From a bacterium (GTDB lineage: Bacteria; Hinthialibacterota; Hinthialibacteria; Hinthialibacterales; Hinthialibacteraceae): a DNA stretch of 30,988 bases. Below, piece after piece: positions 10,396 through 19,761 of this stretch; the first letter of the stretch is position 1; every line of letters begins with the position of its first letter. Below the pieces are notes generated by a model. That model saw only the letters and a program-made list of their open reading frames with translations. It was not told the origin of the DNA and made no database searches. Made by a program: the position numbers and the translations under genes. Where the stretch lies: NCBI GenBank assembly GCA_963663405.2, contig CAXXSM010000093.1:1-30988 (forward strand), given 5' to 3'.

Positions 10396-12186
10396 TTAAT
10401 GCTGGGACAAGATAAGCGCGCTATACGCGGCGACATTAACCGTGCCCTGCGCGGGTAAGTTATGTTTCCCCGGTGGTTCCGCATGAACTGAGTAGACACC
10501 AAAGTTCCCAAATTCCGGATCGTAATATCGGCTGTCACTGTTGAAACAGACGGACCAGAGACCTGGCGCGGGGAATCCAATTGAATAATTCTCTATTGAA
10601 ACAGTTGAGAAATTCGCAATAACAACAACACTATCACAAAATCCACCTTCCATCCATCGATGATAGGCGATTATCTTATCATTCTGATTGATGTGGTACA
10701 CATCCACTCCTTGCCCCGTCAGACCTTTGGTAAACTCCCCCCGGTTCAGACGAAGCGAGATTAAGTCTTTGTATAGCAGAAGGATTCCGGCGAAACGTTC
10801 TTTCTTCGACCAATCAATGGGATCTTGATCATGGAACCAATCGTCTTCAAGAAATTCCTGCCCTTGGAAGATCATCGGAACGCCCGGCGCAGTAAAAACA
10901 AGGACAGCGCCGAGGGCGGATTTTTTCTTCGCCGCCCAGGAAGAGGCTTTTCCTGGATCGACTTCTTCTGGCACGCGCGCTTTGCCATTCGCGACTTCAT
11001 CATGTGATTCGGTATAGATGACCCGTTCGAAGTAATCCTCATTATAACGATTAAGAACAGCGTCTCGTACAGCCTCCATATTACGATATTTGTCTTCCGC
11101 GCCAATCAAAGCGGCCCGGATCATATGCACAAACGGCGCGCCCCACTGTGTGTCGAATCCGGCGCCGCCATCTTGTTGAGGCTTCGTCAACAGAGCGTTA
11201 TTTTGAAGATCCTCAGCAATGGTAAAGGAACTGGATTTGAATTCTTTAATCTCCTGGTTGATCCATTGCATTAAACTCCAGCCATCAGTCAGATCACTGT
11301 CAGGATCATCGTTCCGTCCATACACGTTTCGAATGAACGCGGTCATATCCCAGCGAAGACCATCGACATTATAATCCTGAAACCACATGAGCGCATTGTC
11401 CCGGATATACTCCCGAACCTCCTTGCGCCCGTAATCCGGCCGTGTTTCACCCCAGGGCGTCTGCGAACGCCAGTCGTTATAGAAATAGATTCCGCCTTTC
11501 CCGTTTTCGTTCCAACCATCAAACTGCCATAAGTTCAGGTCGCTTGGACCAAAGTGATTGTATACGACATCTACAATCACAGCGATTCCTAGTTTGTGAC
11601 ATGTATCGACAAATTCCTGGAAAGTGCATGGAGTTCCATAGTCGCTTTCGACGGCGAAAATGTGGGATGGATTGTATCCCCATGAATATCCCCCTGCGAA
11701 TTCAGCCAACGGCATAACCTCGACAGCGTTAATTCCCAATTCCTTAAGATGAGAAAGACGGTCTATCGCGCCTTCGAGATCACCGGGTCCTGGTTCCTGG
11801 CCCTGTTTTCCAAAGGTTCCGATATGAAGTTCATAAATCACTATATGATTAAGGGCCGGAGGGGTAAATTCTTCGACTTGACCTAACGAACAGGGTTTTG
11901 TGATGATCGTATTGCCAACGGAATTTGTAACTCGTTGGGCATAGGGATCGATTCTCAAGTACTCCCTTCCCGCGTTAATGATCCGGTATTGGTATTCATC
12001 ATCGGGCTTTGCCACAGACACATCGGTTGTCCACCATCCATCCAGCCTCTTATTCATTCGATGCGCAGTCTTATTCCAATTGTTAAACGAGCCAATGACA
12101 AAAACCTCTTCGGCATGGGGCGCCCACATAGTAAACTGGTATCCGTTTTTGCAGGGAATAGCTCCCTTTTGTATAGAAAATCTCAT
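10396..12186 (-). CDS. GH13 alpha-amylase family enzyme with N-terminal CBM48 (glycogen branching enzyme/trehalohydrolase-like)
   Basis: WAPHAEEVFVIGSFNNW, IYELHIGTF, SWGYNP, DVVYNHFGP, and catalytic GLRWD, IAED and ESHDE. Confidence 0.92.
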   Translation of the reverse strand: MRFSIQKGAIPCKNGYQFTMWAPHAEEVFVIGSFNNWNKTAHRMNKRLDGWWTTDVSVAKPDDEYQYRIINAGREYLRIDPYAQRVTNSVGNTIITKPCSLGQVEEFTPPALNHIVIYELHIGTFGKQGQEPGPGDLEGAIDRLSHLKELGINAVEVMPLAEFAGGYSWGYNPSHIFAVESDYGTPCTFQEFVDTCHKLGIAVIVDVVYNHFGPSDLNLWQFDGWNENGKGGIYFYNDWRSQTPWGETRPDYGRKEVREYIRDNALMWFQDYNVDGLRWDMTAFIRNVYGRNDDPDSDLTDGWSLMQWINQEIKEFKSSSFTIAEDLQNNALLTKPQQDGGAGFDTQWGAPFVHMIRAALIGAEDKYRNMEAVRDAVLNRYNEDYFERVIYTESHDEVANGKARVPEEVDPGKASSWAAKKKSALGAVLVFTAPGVPMIFQGQEFLEDDWFHDQDPIDWSKKERFAGILLLYKDLISLRLNRGEFTKGLTGQGVDVYHINQNDKIIAYHRWMEGGFCDSVVVIANFSTVSIENYSIGFPAPGLWSVCFNSDSRYYDPEFGNFGVYSVHAEPPGKHNLPAQGTVNVAAYSALILSQH

Positions 12187-12405
12187 TTTTTACCTTCCCG
12201 ATTCTCACAGTAAGATCACTCCATATGCCGTTATTTTGAATTCTTTTACCGGTTGACCTATTGATTAAGAGTATTATAGAGGAAAACCTGGCTAACAATC
12301 AGTATTAACAGGAAAAGAAGGTATACATATAATTAATCCACAAAGGAAGGCGTTCCATGTGATGTTTACCGGTTTTATTTCGTTTCACTTTTTTTATAAG
12401 GATTT

Positions 12406-13088
12406 ATGATGAACAAAGGGCCAATCAATTCAGCGGCTTCAAACAATAATCCATACGTACAGGCGGGAAAACGTTGGCCGTGGCGATGGTGGAAAATTCT
12501 TACTGGATTATTGCTGGGTTTGGGAGTGTTATTCTATTTCTTTAATCCCACCGGATTTTTACTGCGCTATTTCTTAGTCTATGAAACGCCCGTGCAAGCG
12601 GCGGATGTCGTTCTAGTTTCAGAGACGGGAGAACGGTTGGAAAAGGCGATTCTTTTTTATGAAGAAGGGCTGGCGAAGAATATCCTTATCACAAAAACCA
12701 TCCCCGAACGATACAAGGAAATCAACGCGCCGGTTTCAATTCAATTTTTTATCCATGAGGATCTAATCGCGGCGGGGATTCCGGAGGAGCATATCTTTTG
12801 TTTAGAAGGGGCCGGATTCATAATTTACTAGAAAGTCAGATTGTGTTCCGGGATTGGATACACAAGCATAAGATGCGATCGTATATCTGTTTCCCAAAAT
12901 ACTACTCATCACGCTTCCGGAAAATTCTTCACAATGCGATGTTTCCAGAAGGGGATATTCAATTGGTCTGTCTTCCCCAGTATCAAGACGGTCTCTTCCG
13001 CAAGGAATTTCTCGCGATACAGAACACATTGATTCAAATGGCTTTTTGGTATTGGATGTATAGTCCGCAGTTGCGGATAGGTGTTTAG
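12406..13088 (+). CDS. YdcF/DUF218-like membrane protein (frameshift near 12810)
   Basis: TM helix, then ADVVLV..ERLEKAILFYEEGLAKNILIT..LIAAGIPEEHI, continuing in the 12798..13088 frame (YYSSRFRKIL..KEFLA). Confidence 0.65.
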
Positions 13089-13202
13089 ACTGAAGGTTGA
13101 AGGTACAATTCTTTGGTCTATGATCCGCAGATTTATTTGGTTTTTCGTCAAGGATTAATTGTAAAAAGTCTAGAGTTACAGAGGGTGTTGAAGGATATCA
13201 AT

Positions 13203-16006
13203 TTAATTCGTCAAGGAAGCGGCTAAACGGAAACCAGTAGCGCTATTTTCGCTATTTGACCATGCTTCGTGACGGTCCGCTGAGTGGCTGAACTTAGATA
13301 TGATATCACAACATCCACCGCGTAATAAACGTTTCGCGGATCTCGGTGAATCGATCCACGCGCTGCCATCTGACGGGAGCGTTATAATAATCGTAATGCC
13401 AGTCATCCGTACACCATTCCCATATATTGCCTTTCATGTCATACAATCCCCAATTATTCGGCAGTTTTAATCCAACCTCATGGATTTGATAATTTGAATT
13501 TTCCATATACCATGCATAATCATAAACTTGGTTAAGATCATCTCCCCAATAATATGGTGTGGTTGTCCCTGCGCGGCATGCATACTCCCATTCCGCCTCC
13601 GTGGGAAAGCGGTATATGTCTAATCCCATGCTATTCAATTTCTCAACAAACTGCAGACAATCATCCCATGACACTCGATCAACCGGCAGATTATTTCGTT
13701 TACTAGAAGATGGATTATTCTCCATTACAGCGAACCATTGCGCCTGGGTAACCGCGTATTTTCCTAAATAGAAAGATTGACTAATTGTCACTTCATGCTG
13801 TGGTCTTTCGTTATCTTCCCGATCGGCCTCACCTGAAGGAGATTCCCATCATATATACACCGGCGGGAATTAAAATCATATCGAGAAGGTATGCATCAGA
13901 AGGTAGATCCAAGGGAACAGTAAATTGTCCAGATTCTCCTGTACTTGGATTATAAAATGGAGTGTCAACCAGCCGGAACGATTGGCCTCCTGTTTCATTA
14001 TAAATATCAATATCGACAAACATCCCCCCACTGCCTTGTTCAAACAAGGAATCCCCCGGATTTATATCTGAAAATTCAAAAATCAACAGAGTACCAAACG
14101 CGCCGTAGGGGATTGAGGTAAATATACTATCCGGATTGGCGCTTTGGATTGTGATCCATTGACCTCCACTTTCTTCATCGACCTCAATCAATGGTTCTGG
14201 CCAATCCCAACAAAGACCCCCAATTTCTTTTGGGGCTAAAGATACGGTGTATAGTTTCTCTGTCTTGAGAAAAAGTTTAATCTTGCGAATATAACGCGGC
14301 ACATATTCCACGCGGAGGTAAGCGGTCACCTTATTATTAACTGGTTGAGAAGCGGCAAATCGCAACGTGCCTTGCAAGGTATTACCAGAATGATTGAAAG
14401 GAGTATATTCGTTAGAGGAATACGTATCAGTAAAACCATTCAATTTAATCGAAAATGAGGGCGTAAAGGAGGAAGCGTCACGCTTGAGAGTCGCCCAGCG
14501 TAACGAATACTGTCCACCAAGATCATGGATAATTTGCTGAAACTGTGTAGTTAAATCATCTTCAGATTCCGCAGTATAATATTCTCCAGAAGTCTCGCAT
14601 GTAATCATTTCCAAGATCGACGAGTCTAATTCTTCTCCGAATCCGATGCAATAGATCTTGATCCCTCGTGATTGAGCCGCGCTAATGATATCAGCAGGGC
14701 CTTTTACGCTGGATTCATCCTTGCCGTCTGACAAGAAGATAATAAAACGCTGTTGGTCTCTCGAATTTCCCTTCAGAGAATTCTTCGATCGCCGCGTACA
14801 CGGCGTCCCAGCATCTTGAAGTGCCAGGAAACCATTGGACATAATCATCCCATATGGAATCGATTCTATCGTATAGTTCCTCTTTATGTTTTGCCAGTAG
14901 AAACTCGCTTACGTGTTGTGGGTCTTGATCCCGGTGAAATTCGTAGATTCCTACCTGCGCGTGTTCATTCAGAGAATCAATAAATGTTTTCGCCGCGTGT
15001 TCCATATTCTCAATCGCATCGGATATTCCGTCCAAATCACTATCTTCATTGGGTGGATTGGCCATACTCGCCGTATTAATCCAAAACAAGATACGAAAAC
15101 AACTGCTTATTTTCAGTGCCCGCGAGCCAAAACGCCGTTTCAGATTGGCTGATCGGATTAATGCTTTCCAGACACGTCACATCAAGCAACGATAAATCAA
15201 CTACGACAGCGCGGTTGTCATCATCCCGTAACGAAAAATCAAAATCGAGTAGATAAGGAGAAGAATACGTATATGAAACATTCTTGATTTGCAGTCCATC
15301 AATTTCACCAGGATCTCTTGGGTGTTGGCTCTAATGTTGGAGTGTTGGTGAGAGTTGCGGTTGGAGTCATCGTAGGCGTAGGAGTCGCTGTTGGTTCAGG
15401 CGTATTTTCTGTATTTGGAAAGGAATGGAGCTGGTGGAACGGTGTCATCACCATACAATAGATTACTGGAAATATTGACATCTCTGGGAATAAGAAAAAA
15501 CTTCCAGGTTATCTAGGTAAATGGTCAATTCTTCCTCACCGGAGTTTGCAATTTGAAAGACTGGAACAATCGATGCGCCTGGTGGATCGTACAACAGTAC
15601 GATCCGATGATAACCATCTTTGTAAATCCCACTGTTCGCAGGGATATTCGTAGCGATTGAACCATCCATCGAGATATCGAGAGCCGCAAGCGCGATTGAC
15701 GCGCCATCCCCCGTTGATTGTACGGACACCCGGATCAGGACTAGATCATCTCCCACTTCCAATGTGGGGAACATCAACAATTCGACTTGCCCAGGAGCGG
15801 TATGAATCTCCACTCCTTGCCCATCAGTGTAGTTCCCTTCCCCAGTTGGAATCGCTCCTGCAATGGCGGTTCCTGCCTCCAACTCTGTGAATCCACCAGG
15901 AATTTCAGTGAACTCATCCGCTGAATCCAACGGGAATACCCAATCTTGTCCAATACATGGCAAGGCGATGAATGACACAATAATTGCAATAATTTAACTT
16001 TCTCAT
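13203..16006 (-). CDS. Secreted modular protein: novel N-terminal beta domain, Pro/Thr linker, VWA domain and FGE-sulfatase (SUMF1/CLec) domain; multiple frameshifts
   Basis: ATG 16006 after a GGGAG RBS, with a signal peptide. PTATPTPT linker at about 15320-15450. VWA motifs FIIFLSDGKDESS and GIKIYCIGFG. FGE motifs MILIPAGVYMMG, GKYAVTQAQW, PTEAEWEYACRAGT, NNWGLYDMKGNIWEWC and RGG..GFRL. Confidence 0.8.
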
Positions 16007-17570
16007 ATTTATCGCTCCCATACATCCGCCTCAGAGAATGTTTATTAAACGGCCATAAGCCATTCTATACATTTTCAATCCGCTGATCTAGATAAGATAT
16101 GCGCCTATCGTATCATTTTTTAAAAGAATGAGCCGTATATCAATTGTTATTTCACTATAATTATATTGGCGCTAATTTAGAAAGGTTTTTTGAATGGCGC
16201 ATCAGAGTAAGCGGTATAATCTGGTTTATGGAAATGTGGGTAGCGGCGCATCGGAATCCCAGGTTGTTCCATGAACTGCTTGGTGAGGCTCCATAACGGG
16301 AGGCTGATCGGCTGGATCCCGCTTCGTAGTCCCAAGCGCCCTCCCCCGGTTTACGCGTTCGTCACTGAAATCATTGGATTGGTTTATAGGATTTATTTTC
16401 GGTGAGGTTTTTGTAAAAACTATAATTGTAAATATCGAAACACCACTCCCATACATTCCCACTCAAGTCATAGAGTCCCCATTGATTCGGTTGTTTCAGG
16501 CCTACTTCATGTGTCATTGAATCAGAATTCTCAGGATACCATGCGTAATCACCGATCTGGGAATACTCAAAATCATCTCCCCAATAAAACGCCGTCTGGG
16601 TACCCGCCCGCGCAGCGTAATTCCCATTCCGCCTCACTTGGCAGCCGGAACGTTCCTTGCCCCAACTCATTCAATTTTTCAAAGAAACTCTGGCAATCAT
16701 CCCAAGTCACCCTCTCGACTGGATTGTCTGGTTGTCCATCGAAATAGGATGGATTATTGCCCATTACCGCCGCCCATTGCGCCTGTGTCACTTCGTATTT
16801 TCCAATGTAGAATTCTTCGGTGATTGTGACATTATGTTGTGGTCCCTCACTCCCAAACCGGTCTTTCTCATCCTCTGGGCTGCCCATCGTAAATGAACCT
16901 GCCGGGATTAACACCATCACCAATGGCTTTGAACCTGGGGGGAGACTCAGATCAATCGTTTTTTGTTCCGGTTGAGACCGCTGGAGTAGGTGAGGGCGTG
17001 GGAGTGTTAACAGGGCTTGGAATCGTGGGAATCGGCGTGACACGATCTTCACCATACAATAAATTACTGGAGATGTTGGTATCCCTAGGGATCAGAAAAA
17101 CTTCCAGGTTATCCAAATAGACGGACAGTTCCCACTCACCAAAGTTCGCAACTTGAAAGACCGGAACAATCGACTCGCCCGGCGTGTTGTACAAGAGAAC
17201 GATTCGCTGATAAGCGTCTTTATACATTCCACTGTTTGCGGGGATATTCGTAGCGATCGAACCATCCATCGAGCCATCCAGAGCGGCCAGCGCGATCGAC
17301 GCGCCGTCTCCCGTTGATTGTACAGACGCCCGAATCAGCGCAATATCTTCACCCACTTCAAGAGTGGGGAACAATAACAATTCGACTTGCCCAGGAGCTG
17401 TATGGATCTCGACTCCTTGCCCATTCAGTATAGTTCCCTTCTCCGGATGGGATCGTCCCTACAACAACGGTTCCTGCGTCATATCCATCGAAATCCTCCC
17501 GCGATTTCGTTGAAGTCATCTGTGGAATCAAAGGTGAATACCCAATCCTGCCCCATACAGGGGATGGCGA
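15440..17570 (-). repeat. Diverged direct repeat: N-terminal domain coding regions at about 15440-15960 and 17045-17570
   Basis: Shared peptides such as [65 protein letters not shown], with long identical DNA stretches. Confidence 0.9.
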
Positions 17571-17607
17571 TGAATATGGCGATGATTGTGAAAATGGATT
17601 GTTTCAT
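16226..17607 (-). CDS. Secreted protein: the same novel N-terminal domain, Pro/Thr linker and FGE-sulfatase domain; multiple frameshifts
   Basis: [24 protein letters not shown] signal. Motifs [32 protein letters not shown] and [16 protein letters not shown]. The frame-corrected end reads [34 protein letters not shown]. The exact stop is uncertain. Confidence 0.8.
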
Positions 17608-17744
17608 TCTGACTATTACTTTTTATCTCCTCAATCTAATATCAGACAGCAAAGAATCATTCTACCCATCCAAGACCATTCTTCCAGCTGGGTTAGGCGC
17701 CATGTAACTCACTATCACAACATGTAAGAACAAGTATGTTTTTT

Positions 17745-17764
17745 CGGGCGGGACGCCCGCGCTC
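17745..17764. repeat. REP-like palindromic extragenic element, copy 2
   Basis: Identical to 5126-5145; lies about 12 nt past the sialidase stop. Confidence 0.75.
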
Positions 17765-17775
17765 CATTAATTTTC

Positions 17776-18917
17776 TTATTTCGACGCTTTTTGGACGATG
17801 TTTCTCAAAGATAGGGTTTTGGAGTGGGGATTGGGATGGAGGATATCGTCTTCGGTGAATTTTGCGAGAAGAATTTCCCTCTCTTCTGTGCGGTTATAAT
17901 CGTAGATGATGCGAATAACGCCATCGCTTCCCTGTTGGCCGTCGGGATAGGAGACGCGTTCTCGTTCATCCAATAAAAGTCCGCCCTCCCAGGTGTTTCC
18001 GTCAATCTTTAGATAGATACGCCGTTAGATGAGAGCGGCCGGTTCTTTCCTTGATGGGACCGTGCTTGACCAGCAGAAGATTCCCCGATTGGAGGCCGCC
18101 GGACGAAGAAACGAGCGGAGGGATGTTCGATCCCGGAGGGCTTCAGAGGACTCCAGGTTTTGCCCCGGTCGGTGGAGGACGCTCTCGCCGATTCCATGAG
18201 GAAACGCGGACCAGCATCCATAATGAGCCATCGTTGCGCTCGATAATAATATGTTCGTCGAACACACGGACATCTTTGGGAATATTGCAGGGCGCCTTCG
18301 AGTTTCCAGGTTTTACCGGCGTCTCTGGAGACGATCAATCGCGCGCTGTCGTCTGTTTCCCTCCAAGTGGACGCAGGGAAGAATCCATTCACCGGTGGAT
18401 AAGACTGTGGGTTTGCACATCATAATTCCATCGGTGAGACGGCGTGGTTTGGACCAGGTTGGATTGCTTGAATCAGGATTCTCTGTTGTCATGGCCCAAA
18501 CGCCGGCGACCGTCCCAGTATGCCCGATGGTTTGCGCCCAGAACGACCAAAAGCCTTCCCGTAGGATCGATCCAGACTTCTGGATCGTATGCGCGCGCTG
18601 GACCGTCTCCATCCGGATCGATGACATGCGTTTCGGTCCATGTCCTTACCGTCATCGGCGCTCGTGGCTACGACCACGTAGTTTATTTAGATCCTCTTTC
18701 GGCGTCTTCCCCGCGTACCAAGTCGCCCAAAGCCGTCCACCAGGTGCGATCGCTAGACTGGGGATAACCCTGAAACGCCCGATCCATGGACCGCATGAGA
18801 TGGACTGGGGCAATCAATCACTTGCGGAGGAAGTTTGAATGGCTCCTGGGCGGAAAGGGGAACACATGCGGTGATAATGATTAGGAATGCGAATGGATAG
18901 AGTTGTTTTGGTTTCAT
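17776..18917 (-). CDS. BNR/Asp-box exo-alpha-sialidase family protein (many frameshifts)
   Basis: Signal peptide MKPKQLYPFAFLIIITACVPLSAQ. Stitched frames give FQGIPSLAIAPGGRLWATWYAG, Asp boxes SADDGKTW, SRDAGKTW and STDRGKTW, and C-terminal DERERVSYPDGQQGSDGVIRIIYDYNR. Confidence 0.8.
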
Positions 18918-18919
18918 AA

Positions 18920-19306
18920 TTAATTCACAATTCTTTTGATTTCGATCTTTTTGGTTCCAAAATTCAACAACAAAGCCACTTTCAAATGGCTTGCTCGTAA
19001 ATAAGAAAGTGTTTGAACAAAATCAATATCATCCAATAAGGACTTTGCTTTAATTTCAAGGATACAATCATTAATAATAAAATCGACACGGCGAACGCCT
19101 ATTTTTTTGTTTTTGTAATATATATCAATATTCGCTTCCCGGCTAAAATCCATATTTCTCGCGTGAAATTCATAATTTAACGCCCGCTGATATATCACCT
19201 CCTGAAATCCAGGTCCAAGAGTATTATGGACTTCAATGGCCGCAGAAATGATTTCATGAGTACGAGGGTCGAATTCTTCACTGCTTTTTTTCATTTTCAC
19301 CCCCAT
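18920..19306 (-). CDS. GxxExxY protein (PD-(D/E)XK nuclease superfamily)
   Basis: IISAAIEVHNTLGPGFQEVIYQRAL (GxxExxY motif), RVDFII..LEIKA, Q.LSYLRAS..ALLLNFG. A possible alternative start is ATG 19294 after a GGGGGTG RBS. Confidence 0.93.
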   Translation of the reverse strand: MGVKMKKSSEEFDPRTHEIISAAIEVHNTLGPGFQEVIYQRALNYEFHARNMDFSREANIDIYYKNKKIGVRRVDFIINDCILEIKAKSLLDDIDFVQTLSYLRASHLKVALLLNFGTKKIEIKRIVN

Positions 19307-19308
19307 TT

Positions 19309-19506
19309 GTTTGAATCACGGATCGCTCGGAGATTCACTGATTTCACTGACTGTTAATCCGTGCTCTCCGTGCCCTTTCTGTGGAATCCGTGGTTCAATA
19401 TTTCTCCCTTTCTCCGTTTGAATCACGGATCGCTCGGAGATTCACTGATTTCACTGAAGTATTATCCGGGCTCTTCGCGCCTTCTCCGTGGAATCCGTGA
19501 TTCAAA
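19309..19506. repeat. Two tandem ~90-bp palindromic units (107-bp period) built from CACnGA motifs
   Basis: A 42-bp arm is identical at 19309-19350 and 19416-19457. The counter-arms at 19357-19398 and 19464-19505 differ at 7 of 42 positions. Unit ends form the inverted repeat TTGAATCACGGAT..ATCCGTGRTTCAA. Confidence 0.92.
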
Positions 19507-19547
19507 ATTGCACATCGCGATTCCAAAATCGATTATTAAATAGATTG

Positions 19548-19556
19548 ATTATAACA
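19548..19556 (-). promoter_or_regulatory. Extended -10 promoter (TGnTATAAT) pointing into the repeat array, GxxExxY and the sialidase
   Basis: Minus strand TGTTATAAT; weak -35 (TTAAAC) 17 nt upstream. Confidence 0.5.
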
Positions 19557-19761
19557 AATCACAAGCATCAGTTTAAGTTATTCACTCTCTCATCGTTTCG
19601 TTATTTACCACCACACTTATTCGTTTAGTTTTATTTGGATTGAGTATTATAGACTAAACGATGAGTCAGATTTGTTGTAGTTTCCTTCACCGCCGAATAC
19701 AATTAACGAAATGAGTAAGAAATGCTGTCTCACACGGATGAATTGAATTTGGGAGAATTGA

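Noticed and set aside
15440-17570. DGR template/variable repeat pair
   Set aside because: The duplicated segment is an N-terminal coding domain whose differences are not adenine-specific, and no reverse transcriptase is in the window.
13203-18917. Programmed frameshifting or an alternative genetic code
   Set aside because: The breaks are numerous, lack a shared slippery motif and change frame rather than being in-frame stops. Core genes translate cleanly with code 11.
19309-19506. Mini CRISPR array (two identical 42-bp repeats)
   Set aside because: The sequences after each repeat are 35/42 identical to each other and are inverted counterparts of the repeat, not unique spacers. No cas genes are present.
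19361-19543. 60-aa ORF across the repeat array
   Set aside because: It has a GTG start without an RBS and is a by-product of the repeat sequence.
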